DNA from: Cirrosporium novae-zelandiae
Lineage: Eukaryota
NCBI GenBank assembly: GCA_026023565.1
Contig: JAPETS010000019.1
Coordinates: forward strand, 248,001-312,000
Direction of reading: 5' to 3'
DNA: 64,000 bases
Below, piece after piece: positions 49,581 through 61,653 of the stretch. A program made the translations under genes and the position numbers. Numbering within the stretch: the stretch's first letter is position 1; the number at the start of each line of letters is the position of its first letter. The notes under the pieces are model-generated. The model saw nothing but the letters and a program-made list of their open reading frames with translations, had not been told where the DNA came from and made no database searches.

Positions 49581-52022
49581 ATGAGGCCGAAGATGTCTAC
49601 GGCTTCAGAGACATCTGACGACGACAGGTCACTGATTGGACCTTTCGAACAACGAAGATCCACGTTTCGAACTGGGGCACAAGCCCAGGAAGCCACGAAG
49701 GGTATTGAGGCGATAATCCGTAAAAAGCTTCCACTAAAAAAAAAAAGCAATTACAAATATGAACCTATCAAGGCTCATGAGGAGATGCGAATCTTAACCG
49801 TGTTTGCTGGAAAGTCAGAGGATGAACTCGAATGTATGCTTTATAAAAGCAAATTGCCGTCAACTCCAAATCAGATATCATCATCAACATTACCACTCTC
49901 GCCGTATTATGCACTTTCATACTGGTGGGGCGATGATTATCCAAAAAATAAAATCAAGATATATGATGACACAGGCGCTCGGGGGCCAACACACGGCGTG
50001 GCAGATAGCTTTAATTCGTGGGGAACATTCTATATCCGTGACAATCTCAAGGCCGCACTTCAGCAATATCGGCAGGGCAATAAAAATAGAGACATTTGGA
50101 TTGATGTTATCTGTATCAACCAAGACGATAAAGATGAGAGGGCGGCCCAGGTATCAAGGATGCAGGACATTTACATCGAGGCACAGAATGTGTGGATTTG
50201 GCTGGGAGCAGGAGAGCCAACGACGAAGGAAACCTTTGATTTCCTCAAGGAGGAGATTCTGGATCTCAGACGCTTAGATGGTCTTATTAAAGACAAGTCT
50301 ACCTCGGAAAAGTGGCGTCTGGTAATCAATCTTATTCGAATCAAGTGGTTCAGTCGGCGTTGGGTTGTCCAAGAATTGGCTCTTGCTAAGAGGGCAACTG
50401 TGCGATGGGGGACTGAAGAGATGGATTGGGCAAACTTCGCAGAGGCCATCGCCTTGTTCATGACTAGGTATGATGAAATTCGAAGGATCATTATCCGCTC
50501 AGAAAAAAAACAACAAGGGGTTCCAAACGATAGCGTGGCTGCTTTGGAAGCTCGGCGTCTCGGTGTCAATACTTTGGTGAATGCCACCAGCAATCTCTTC
50601 CGCAAGGACGAGAATGGGGTAATCCGGCAACGACTTCTGACTTTAGAAGTCCTGGTGTCGTCGTGGCTTTTAGCATTTGAAGCCTCTGACCCACGCGACA
50701 CGGTTTATGCAGTGTTATCGCTGGCCAAGGATACCTCTTCCACGACATCCGAACTCGTCGCAAGAACAAGCTGGACAATGCCAAAGGACAACGGGTTTTG
50801 TTTAACTAAATTCGGAGAGGTAGTTCTTGACTGGGTCCTCAAGCCGGTGCTTTTCAAACCAATACTTTGGCTCCTAACAGTAAGTGAGAATCACAACGCA
50901 ACGCTGCCAGATACAGTGTCTTCCAATATAGTACCTACCGACACCCGTATCTTACCTGACTACAACAGAAGTCTTGCCGATGTTTGTGCCGGCTTTATGG
51001 AGTACTGTATTGAGAGATCTAAATCCTTGGATATTCTTTGTCGACATTGGGCTCCCCCGGAGCGAGAGCTCACGCCTCTCGAGAAGATTGAACGAGAAGA
51101 TAACCAACTGAATGAAACAACAATGCCAACATGGATACCATCTATCAAGGAGCACGCCTTCGGAGAACCTTTGGGGGTACTGTTGGGCCGACATAATGGA
51201 GATAGTCTTGTTGGCAGCCTAGAGCGGCAAAATCAGCAGAACTACGATGCGTCTGCTGGCCTTTCTGCTCATGTCAAATTTGGCAAATACAACATTCCTG
51301 GAGTTCTCAAGGCTAAAATAACAAAAGAGATCAATATAACATCGCTCAATACTATTCCCGACCCAGGTGCTCCATCGCCAGATTATTCGGCTAGATATTC
51401 GATACCACAACAAGTCCAATACGACGGTACATTACATGTCAAAGGCTTCCGCTTGGATAGGATCAAATCCTCCTATCAGGTCTTAAATGGCGTCATAGAT
51501 GGCAAAGCTCTTGCCCTCGGAGGGTGGCCGCGTCAGTGTAACAAAAAGCAAGTGCCAGATCAATTATGGAAAACACTTGTTGCCGATCGAGGTCCCAACG
51601 GCACCATCACCCCCACATGGTATCGACGAGCTTGTTTGGAGTGTCTTGCAAAAGTCGACGTCAATGGAAATCTTTCAACGAAAGAGCTGTTAACAAATGA
51701 ACATACTCCAAGACAGATGGTATCATTCTTGGAAAGAACGACACGGGTTATCTGGAATAGGAAGTTCTTCTCATCATTTGATGATCGGCGGTATACGTTC
51801 TTCGGGTTGGGCCCGTCAAAAACCAAAAACGGTGACGTGATTTGTATTTTATTTGGCTGCAGTGTCCCTGTTCTACTCAGAGAGAAGAGACTACAGAACG
51901 GCAACTTATATTTTAAATTCGTTGGAGAGTGCTACGTTCATGGAATGATGGATGGAGAAGCTATACCTGCCCAAAGGCCAGTATACCCCTACGACAAGCA
52001 AGAAACTTTTGAGCTTAGGTAA
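49581..52022 (+). CDS. HET-domain protein (HET-6-like architecture), intronless
   Basis: YYALSYWWG, IRDNLKAAL, IWIDVICINQDDKDERAAQVSRMQDIYIEA, WFSRRWVVQELALA, ASDPRDTVYAVL, C-terminal GDVICILFGCSVPVLLR and FVGECYVHGMMDGE. Start is 49581 or 49593. Confidence 0.92.
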   Translation: MRPKMSTASETSDDDRSLIGPFEQRRSTFRTGAQAQEATKGIEAIIRKKLPLKKKSNYKYEPIKAHEEMRILTVFAGKSEDELECMLYKSKLPSTPNQISSSTLPLSPYYALSYWWGDDYPKNKIKIYDDTGARGPTHGVADSFNSWGTFYIRDNLKAALQQYRQGNKNRDIWIDVICINQDDKDERAAQVSRMQDIYIEAQNVWIWLGAGEPTTKETFDFLKEEILDLRRLDGLIKDKSTSEKWRLVINLIRIKWFSRRWVVQELALAKRATVRWGTEEMDWANFAEAIALFMTRYDEIRRIIIRSEKKQQGVPNDSVAALEARRLGVNTLVNATSNLFRKDENGVIRQRLLTLEVLVSSWLLAFEASDPRDTVYAVLSLAKDTSSTTSELVARTSWTMPKDNGFCLTKFGEVVLDWVLKPVLFKPILWLLTVSENHNATLPDTVSSNIVPTDTRILPDYNRSLADVCAGFMEYCIERSKSLDILCRHWAPPERELTPLEKIEREDNQLNETTMPTWIPSIKEHAFGEPLGVLLGRHNGDSLVGSLERQNQQNYDASAGLSAHVKFGKYNIPGVLKAKITKEINITSLNTIPDPGAPSPDYSARYSIPQQVQYDGTLHVKGFRLDRIKSSYQVLNGVIDGKALALGGWPRQCNKKQVPDQLWKTLVADRGPNGTITPTWYRRACLECLAKVDVNGNLSTKELLTNEHTPRQMVSFLERTTRVIWNRKFFSSFDDRRYTFFGLGPSKTKNGDVICILFGCSVPVLLREKRLQNGNLYFKFVGECYVHGMMDGEAIPAQRPVYPYDKQETFELR

Positions 52023-54337
52023 ATTAGTCCATAAAGTTGAACGAAGTAATAATGAAAAGGTTCCAGGTCTCTCTTTCCCCCTTTTCGTTTTGAGTTCTTC
52101 TAGGACCTACAAAGTACATCATTTCTACTCTTGACATGACATGTCACATATTTTCTTCCCCTCCTCTCTCTAAACCTCTTTAGCCTGCACGAACTCACAC
52201 CACCGCACAATCACTAAGAACCCCATTGATAGGCATTAATTCGAAGACATCGGTACTCATGCTCACTCGCTGTGAGCTTGGCCAGCTCGTCAACCAACCA
52301 CTTATACTCGTGGTTTAAATAACGTCTGTTATATTATACAACGTAATCCCGGTGCCATTGCGCTAAACCGGTTACTAGCAATGAGATAGGTTCCGAGTAA
52401 GGAGAGGAATTTTGTGTAGTGGCTCTGAATTAGTTGACCAATAGACTTATTGAAGGGGCTCTAGTTCGAGAGGACCTCAAGAGGCATGTTTGGGTTGGTT
52501 ACTACAAGAATAGTGTTAGTTATTTTGTATAGGTTTAGAAAGACTTCTTACACACCATAGGCATTATGGGCTATTTAAATTTTCTTGTATTGCAGGCCGA
52601 GTCGTTCTGTTTGTCATGGCTCTTATGATTGAGAAATCCGACGTATAGACTTCCTTTTATATTCCTCCGACGAAAGAAGTGCACTCAAATCCTACTACTG
52701 CCTATAGTGTCATCAAAGCTCAGCTGTGACATTCCAGCACAGTTAGCGTCATGAAAAGCCTCGTTGAATAATCTGTCCTTTGTGAGCTCTCAATCGTTGG
52801 TTACAGTTTGCTGGTGTTATCTTGTGTCAGGATGCAGAATTGAATCTATAAAAATATGCTAATTATCTAATCTTGGTATGAAATAATCCGGAACACCATT
52901 AATTAATTACAATACTGTACTAGGGATAATGATAAACGACGGAAATAGCCAGAATTTGACTTCTTCACAATCTCGTCAATTAGCTGTTAGTACGATTATA
53001 TCCCCGAGTTGAAAATTAAATGGAAACCTGAGGCTGCTTGCATAGCCAAGACGGCGCCATAAAGACTATGAACTTGAATTCATATTGGAGGATACTTGGT
53101 GCCTTTGACGTGATGGCCTGGCCTGTACGCCACACACATATTCCCACCTATGAAAATTATTCTACAATTGTCGCATCTTCTCTGCTCCAACAATTCACAT
53201 ACACGCAAGCAAGGTAATCTTGGCAACAGTTCTGTGAGCCCGCAGGAGTTCAGCTTCGTAAGGCTTGGTGGTGTTATCGCTCTTGGAGCAGAGGTTCGAT
53301 CGCGAGGGTGGTATCTCCTTAATGGCCAAATCGACTAAGCCGCGCGCTGCAGTATACATGCGTGACGAAAATAGTGTGTAGAGGTCATGCCTACTCGAGT
53401 AAACATGACGGAGGTGTGCGATTAAATGTTAACGACTGGAAGAAGGAAATACGACTATCTCCTAAACTGGTCTCGGATGGTGCTCGCTAGCAGGAGGGGT
53501 AAAACTGGGAGGTTAATTGGCCCAATGATAAGATTTTGGGGCTCAATATGATTCAGCAAAGAAGTTGATGCTTGGGTCTGCCTGAAAGTAGTGATCTGAC
53601 CTATCATAATCCTTACATGACACCCCTGCTAGTCTTGGCACGGAATATGCTGGAATATCAATAAACCCTTGCAAGAGACCACACAGCCAGTTCAGGTTGT
53701 ACAGTACACACTTCTACTTTAGAGAGAGAGGCCACGAGCCTGATGCTTCGCCAGCTGAGGTTACACAGGGCTTTCAACAATAAAATTGTACAGTACAAAG
53801 TTGGATCTTACGCATTCCAGGCCGATGGCGAAGCTTTGAACGAGGCTCCTACTCTCAGTCTTATATCCCGAGGCCGAAAGACTCTGGGTCTCTGGATCAA
53901 GATATCTGGAAGGGCAGGGCAACGGAAATACTGGATGCAAATAGACTAACAGGTTTCTGCTTCTGGAAGCGCGCTTACCGTGATGCTAGATGCAGTCATA
54001 GTCGCAGCAAGTATACTCAAGTACAGTACAGCCCTGGCCTGCAACCAATATATATTTTCAGCAGCCGTGTCGAAGTAGACTTGTCGGCTTACATTATTGG
54101 ATTTTGTAAGTCATGCTACAAGGGGCCACCCTATGAACCTTTTCATGAACCCCTTCCCCTCTTTTCGAGCCTTTTCATTTTTATACATCAGACCTTGTCA
54201 AAACGTCGTAGATGTGACATTTGAAACTCCATTATATTTCCCCTCGCCATAGTCATTCACAATATTTTGAACCATCTGACCTCCCAATAGTTCCAATACT
54301 CAATCAATTACGACGCGAATACCAACACTCGTCGAAA

Positions 54338-55276
54338 ATGGAACCCTCCATCACAATACCACCAGAAATTATAAAAGAAGGATTCGTGCCCTACATACAA
54401 GAAGACAATGTATACAACTACTACGAACCTGGCCACAAAGCCAAGGCCGACGGGCTTAGCACAAAAGAATGGGATGAACGTATAGCCAGATCGCACAAGC
54501 AATTCATTCCAGGTTCGTGGAAAACGCAATGTGTGGAAGTGACAAAATGGGATTCACCTACCGAGATTGAGAAGCTAACCATCGGCCGCTTCTTCCTTGC
54601 GCATTGTAACCCGTCTTATTCCTTATGGTGTGTACTTGAAATATGTAACGAGCTCGACCGTGTTTTCTGTGGAGCTACTGCGAAAGATTTACAGAAGGTG
54701 CAGCAGTGGCCGGTTTCAATGACGCCCTTTGTGTATCTAATGTCACCAGCCGTGGAGAAGAAATGGAGGCAGTCAATGCGGACACTTAGGAAAGCTATCA
54801 GGGAAGATAGCTTTTCTTTTGAAGTGTTGATCGACAGATTACATGCTATCACCGCTGGAGTAAAGGAGCTAGAGAAGGCCTTAGAATTGCTAGATAGGAA
54901 TTTTGCGACGAATTTACCGGAAAACCCGTATGTGGATTGGATAAAAGAGAAGGTTCATCAGGCTGCTGCGATGAGGTTCTCGATGGTAATTGAATTGACG
55001 AAATTCGATAATAACAAAAGCATAGTTGAGCCTATCTCAGAGATCTCCAGCGAAGCAGCACAAACCACGACACAAGATGACGCAGGTCCTACAGACTTTG
55101 GCGGTGTAATTGGTAAATTTAAAAATATTAAAACTTGACTTGGACCTCTGGACTAATTTCTTGCAGGTTCAAGAGATTTTGCCTATGAGTCTGGCGGGAA
55201 TACCGTGCAGACCGTTGAACGTTCTACCTTGGCTTTAGCTATGTTGTTGTTTTTTATGCCTCTTTTCCTTTATTAG
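54338..55276 (+). CDS. Hypothetical protein, probably 2 exons, with a hydrophobic C-terminal tail
   Basis: Long ORF from ATG 54338. Putative intron 55112-55166 (GTAAAT..ACTAAT..CAG) adds SRDFAYE..LALAMLLFFMPLFLY*. No family recognised. Confidence 0.6.
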
Positions 55277-55431
55277 TAGTGCAGTCGAATTCTTTGATAT
55301 CTAGGTGGCACTAGCATAGAATAAAGGAATTTTGAGATATTAATTTTCAAACTCGTATCTTTACAACTATGATATTTATGGGCTAGATGGACTCCTAATC
55401 CGATCTACGTAAAAAACACCAAGGGGTGTTT

Positions 55432-55736
55432 TTAACAAAGGTCACACCCATGATCCTTCACATAGTTTAAGTCTCTGCAAGATAAGCAACTACTTCTAGG
55501 ATACAAATCCTCCTCACCGAAGGCTTCCGCAAGATCATAAAGAGACCTAGCCTCGCCACAACGGGGGCGCTCTTGGAACACGGTATGCCCGCAAATCAGC
55601 GGCATATGCATGTCGCTCGTGGTTGCTCGCCAAAGTCTCTTCCCGAGTGAATACAAGCATTTATAACCCTTAGGGGCGTAATCAATGGTCAATGGTTTTT
55701 CGAAATGATAGATATTTATGGGGTTGTTGCAATGCC
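55432..55736 (-). CDS. Small Cys-rich hypothetical protein, terminal exon only
   Basis: Open frame with LICGH..C..CLSC..CDLC preceded by an acceptor-like CTAAG..TAG; upstream exon not resolved. Confidence 0.3.
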
Positions 55737-56655
55737 CTAAGCGCTTAGCTTATTTATCAGATCGCCACCCAGGAGGGCCTGTACATCCCGTTTCTTATAT
55801 ATCCAGTCAGCTTCTGCTCCCACACGAATCCCATCACTTCATTCGTTTCAATAAGTGTTATGCATAGAGTGGTGGCTGTGCTAGCCTCTTGTAGGGGTTG
55901 AAGATGTTCAGTATGGTCAATATGATCCGGCTATGCCTTGTGCATTGCAACGCAGGAGGTACAGGCACTTGATTTGGAGATACACTTCGACTAAGGTGCG
56001 GGCCAGGTGCAGGGAAGCATGTCATACAGTAGTACAAAGTAGAAAGGATTTATACTCGAGTAGGAAGCTTAGGGAATGAAGATGGAAGGCCAGCTTCCAG
56101 CCTTGTGTCACCACCAGTCACCACAGACCCTATCGGAACTAACCTAGAGTTGATCAAACGGTTGGGAGTTGGCCACCCACCAAAAATCTACTGCCCCCTA
56201 ACTACCCATCCGAACCTCTACCTCCCCCATCCCCTGGCCCTACCCGGTCTCGGGGTTTTATTTGTCTTGCATAGAGGGCAGAAAAATCCTCCTTGACGAA
56301 CATGGCGAATGGATGCATGGGTGATTTACGCTGTTTTATTTCTTCATCGTGGTCTTGGTGAGAAAAAGCGGCAAGGTAGACTACTGTAATGTTAAATTTC
56401 GTTGACTACCCAGGTATTCGGCAGAGAAATGATTCCCGCACGAAGATGCCTAGCACCCTAGGTATCTACAATTCATCGGCAACTACCACAGTAGTATAAG
56501 CCTTCCAACACCCACGAATGATAACATCAACGGTCTGCGCCTCTAGACCCGAACCTTTGTCGTTCTAAGGTGGCTAAGCATATTGCTTGTCATGCTTGTG
56601 ACCAATAGCCACACAGATCTCAAAGATCTGCAAACGACGTTGAATCAGAATCATT

Positions 56656-58239
56656 ATGTCAATTCAACAGTCTCATGCGGAAGTGTTTATGCACGCCCAA
56701 TTCAATGTCCATGCTCTTATCAAACTCGCCACGCGACTTCGAGATCGGCCATGTATTTGCGACCTGTCTCAGAAACCTAGTAATGGATGCCTGAATTGGG
56801 CAATCGTTATTTCTTTCGATGATGGAGTGGAGTGGCTATTTCGCTCTCCTCGGAAGTATTATGCCCTAAATATGGATACTGCGGGAGCCTTGATCTCAAA
56901 TGAGGCTGCAACTTTGAAATACATCAGAATGAATAGCACGATTCCTGTTCCAGAGGTGTTCGAGTATAGGTTAGATATCCCAGTATTATATGTCATGAAG
57001 TCTATTAATAGCCACAAAGCTCTACACCATTTAACGAAATCGGGGTACCCTTTATTCTAATGAGCAAAGCTCGAGGAGTACCGCTTAGCACTCGGGGCTG
57101 GAACTCCCAACCTCACAAGGTTCCAGGTTCTCACAACAATCCACCTCCATGTCTTACGAGTAAGGAAAAGGAAAAGGTTATGAAACAGCTGGGAGAAATA
57201 ACTTCAAAGCCGTTGCATCTGCAGTTCGACAAGATAGGATCGATTGTTGAAGAAAAGGGGATCTATAACGTTGAATCATGCCTCTCACCAGGATTCATTT
57301 TGTACGGCTGGGACACGTTACAAGACGGCTTCTCGCGTGGCCCTTTTGCACATGAAAGTTCTTATTACAGATCGCTCGTATCGTCGTTCATCCTCCACGC
57401 AAAATACCTCCCACTGGACCATCATGCCTTCTTTGCTCCTGTTCTAATACCCAGCGAATATGAATAATTATGACACCTACCGTTCTGCAACTGACCGGTG
57501 GAATGATTTTACCACGGTGGGTTCAAAGACTAACAGCGGAAATAATCGGTTAGACTATGTCATAGCTGGCCAATTCCTTCAAGACATGATACCTTCCCTT
57601 ACTAAATCGCACAAGACCCCAAAAAGTTTTGGCGATGGATTCCCACTATATCATCCGGACCTCAGTACCAACAATATCTTCGTGGACCAAGATTGTAATA
57701 TCACTTGCATCATTGACTGGGCATTCTCCTCTTCCGTCCCTGTGTCTACCCCCCTAATGACGCCAGGCCTGCCTCATCCAAGGGACGACATGGACCCATT
57801 ACTTGTGGCCGCCTTTAGAACTGGATTTATAGATCACTACTTTAAAGGAATAATAAAGATGATAGATACTAGCGTTTGGGACAATGCCCAAAAGATACGG
57901 CTCTTCACACGGTTAGTAAACTTGGACGCTTTGCAAGACTATGAATACTTCGTGGAGTTATATGCTTTGACGCACAAGGGAAAACGGACAGACATACCAA
58001 CAATTTTCAAAGAAATGCAGAATCAAAAGGTATTTAGGGATAAATTAATGAAGCTTATAGCTGACGACCGCCCGGCAAGCGAAACCGAAAAGGAAGAAAG
58101 GGAATACTTTTCCCACGTTGGGCCTGAACGTCATGCGGTATCGAAAAGGCTGACTCTGGCTTCGAAATTAAGCCGTGGATTTGTTGCAGATAGAAGGCCG
58201 TGGCATTGGATCGAAGAGGTGACAACCAGCCATCTATAA
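56656..58239 (+). pseudogene. APH/choline-kinase-like phosphotransferase with a frameshift near 57460
   Basis: GCLNWAI..FDDGVEWLFRSP, NEAATLKYI..TIPVPEVF, GVPFILMSKARG, IGSI, HPDLSTNNIFVD, IIDW. Intron ~56970-57019; the reading frame shifts at gaatatgaataattat. Confidence 0.8.
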
Positions 58240-58920
58240 TTAACAGTATCTCTGATAGATTGCCCTGTAAGGGTGGAGGTAAAAGGGCGTAGTTCTATTC
58301 TCTCTCTATGCTGAAGGCTATTATTTACGGTCTACACTCGCTTAGCGCGTCATAAACAAGTTTCTTTATACCTACTTCACCCGTACCCTTCTTACTATCT
58401 ACTTCGTTCTGTAACAATCTCGGAGCCCCTGGTTATTATTATGTGCTAACAAGAACGAATACTCACACCACGAAGCCAGCCACCAAGACCGAAATTTCAA
58501 TCCTGATTGATCTTGAGGTTCGGGTTTGATTGAATTGAGGGAGAAGAGCTATCTAAAGGTGATCAAATCACCCAGCTCAGATCCCACCCGAGTAAACCTG
58601 ATCTGATTTCCCATGCCTCCAAACCAAACACCTCAAACTCAACTTACATACAAACCATAACCTTCCTACTCATTCCCATCCCATTTCATCTCATCTCCCC
58701 ACTGATATCAATATTCACCCAAAATAAAAAAAACCCCTATCTACATCTATAATATATCCCCCATAAACCACTTACCCACTCTCTCGCTCAACAGACAGAC
58801 AACCAAATGACAAACAAACAAGCGGCGCCAGCTTGTTGGATGGATGGATGGATGGATTCTATGACTGGGCTAATAGCTAATAGACAACAAGCAAGCGTTA
58901 ATTCGGGTAATAGATACCTA

Positions 58921-58967
58921 GCTATGCTATGCTATGCTATGCTATGCTATGCTATGCTATGCTATGC
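58921..58967. repeat. Microsatellite (GCTAT) x9
   Basis: Read directly. Confidence 0.95.
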
Positions 58968-59787
58968 AAAGGGGGATATGTAAGGTTAGGGGCCTTGGGT
59001 AGCTATTATGATGGGGTTTGGTTAATTAAGAAAGAAAGAAAGAATGGGGAAAGGGGGATTTTTGGGATTGTGGGGACGCTGGGATAGAGTGTTATTCCTA
59101 TAGTGCGGTTAAGTCACTGTTACGGTTCCCTATTAGGTTAGACGATTAGGGTATAGACCCTAGGCTCACCTTATAAGGTGAGCCTCCACCCTAGCCTAGA
59201 CAAGTATCAACCTATATATCACCCAAATCAGAACCTTAGGCATTTCATGACCTAGGGACCTCTGACAGTCACCTTCAAACATCGATTTCCTGGATGGGGG
59301 CTATCTAAAAAAAATTTGACTATACAAGCACACACTATCTAGCCAGCGCCCCCCACCCCTACAGCGAGCGAGCGAGCGAAGTTAGTAAATATAAGTAAGA
59401 GTGTTGTTGATTCAGTTCAAGCTTGATAAATGAGATGGATTTGTTGGCGTTGGCGTTGGCGTTTATTCACGATTATATTTAGTTTTTTTTTTATTTTATT
59501 TTTTTTAAAGAAGCACTAATCTTTGATTGTAGAGGGTATTATCGGGTAAGGATAAGCAAGGAAGTAATTTTCCTAGGAATCTATCTTTGGAGAGGGTTAA
59601 GAAGGATGCAGATGCAGATGATTATTTATTATATTATATTATCCGCATGACATATTATCAAGTATAGATACGAACTTGCAACATGTTCTCTTTCCGCGTC
59701 TAGATTGGAATTGAATATTAATATACCGAAGTAAATTACCCCCTAAATACTACTATCCTATCCTATCCCATCCTACCTAGGAAAGCC

Positions 59788-61330
59788 CTAATTAACGTTT
59801 ATTAAACACTCTCGCAAAGGTAGAATGTCATCATCCCATGAACAGCCAGCAAAGCTGACTAGCTCACCCAACGTCTTTCCGTGTATATGCCGTAGCACTT
59901 TATTTAGTAGAGGATTCTGTTTAGCTGTTTGTGTCTCGTAGACATAAACCTGAATAGACCGCGAAACCTGATGGAATAATCGGTCTCTCTTGCTCTCCTT
60001 GAGCTCTTTGAAATTCTCCGGTAGTTTCAGCATTATCTCCCCGTTATAATACAGAAGACGAGGTGCTCGTACACGAAAGATCGACGGCCCAGCCCAGGCG
60101 GACTGCTAGTCTATCACGCTGGAGATTTTGTCTTGGTGGATGAATAGATTTCCGTTGTCGATATCTCTATGCCATAACCTTGGAGAAAGTAAATCCGCGT
60201 CCTGGGGAATAATCGTTGACATTACGTCAAGGCATTGTTTTAGAAAGTCGATGTGGGCTTGTGGGGAATTATGCCCTGAGGAAGCCTGCCAACGATCCAT
60301 GGTGGCCTTTGGTTTGGCATGGTGGGTAATCCATGCAATTCCGCGGTGAGTGATTGCTTCGACATACTCCTGTGTTTTCCCTATGGGTTGTAGGTTAATG
60401 AAGGCCCTATACTCTGAATAGTAGATACATCTTACAAGGGCCACGATTGATATCCATCCCTGATCTTTCCTTCTCCCAAAATTCTCTCTCAACAGTAGGA
60501 CCAATTACAAACCGGTTCTTGACATCTTCTTTGACGCTCATCGGAGTGTCGCTGGTAACTTCGGCCCTTTCACATCCCTCAAAGCAATCGCTTGCATAGT
60601 AGATAGCACCAGATCTTAAAGGAGGTGTTATCAAGTAGGTGAATGCAGCGAAAGCGATCTGAGGATAAAATGTTTCTTACATGCTAAATGAGATAGAAAG
60701 GAACTTTCTCTCCATTTCAACAATGTCCTCTATAATGCTAAGCTTGTCTTCCAATTCCATATCATCCCAGACCTCTGTAGGATGTTTGCCCTTCACCTCC
60801 TCCTTAATAATATACTCCGAGCCAACGGAGTTTTTTGTGGTAGCGCCCCAAGCTAAAACATTAGAAACAGGGATTTGGAGTATCGATTGAGCCTAGAGAT
60901 ATCATTAGCATCAAATAAAATAGTATGGGGAATTGGTCTCACGAAGTCCATAGTTGCTACCTCCGATGCTGTCGTGTACATGGGCGGGCCTGCATTGGGG
61001 TGAGGTATTCTAGCCATAACTACTGACCCATCATCCATCTGCAGTCGGAACACCTTATTAAAATCCCCCTCCCCTATCTTAGTCATAGACACACATTCCC
61101 GAGATCCAATAACCGTAGCAGCCTTCTTAATCTCTTTGACGTTCAAGCGTCTGGAGCGCTCACGCAGTTGGTCCTCTTCTCCTCAGAGCCAACGCCCTGT
61201 TGTATAGCGGAAGAAAGCATCGGGATGATTCTCTAGAGCCGGAGGAATTACGCATAAAAGTTAGGATGAAAGCTTGCGTGTAGTGGAGTATTGTCTATGC
61301 TTTATAGTACAAATACTGCGCACAAGACCT
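59788..61330 (-). pseudogene. Aim9-like/APH phosphotransferase pseudogene, apparently 3'-truncated
   Basis: FFRYTTGRWL*, EGDFNKVF, ARIPHPNAGP..TASEVATMDF, LWHRDIDNGNLF..VID*Q. Stops replace expected Trp at 61185-61183 and 60108-60106, and there are frameshifts. 5' end approximate. Confidence 0.82.
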
Positions 61331-61576
61331 ATATTGCGAAGGATATAGAAGGGCTGTAACACAAGCGAAGGAGTAAACATTATTAATAAGCTGCAATTGA
61401 GGAACTAGTTGTGAGTGTACTTTGGAGACATGGAGCTGATGTGTAGTAGGGATCTGCTAGCCTTGACTAGAGGATAGCTGTTATATGGTTGTAGTGTAAA
61501 TATTTGGTCTGCTCGTACTTTTGTAGTAATGACGTTAAGACCGGCTAAGAAATAGTGCCAAGGTGGCTCCCACAGT

Positions 61577-61653
61577 CCGAGGGTGAGTCGCATGTTTGAA
61601 TAGGCATTCACGACATTGGAGAGTGCACATTCAAACATGCGACTCACCCTCGG
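61577..61653. repeat. Perfect 25-bp inverted repeat with a 27-bp spacer
   Basis: CCGAGGGTGAGTCGCATGTTTGAAT (61577-61601) / ATTCAAACATGCGACTCACCCTCGG (61629-61653). Confidence 0.93.
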
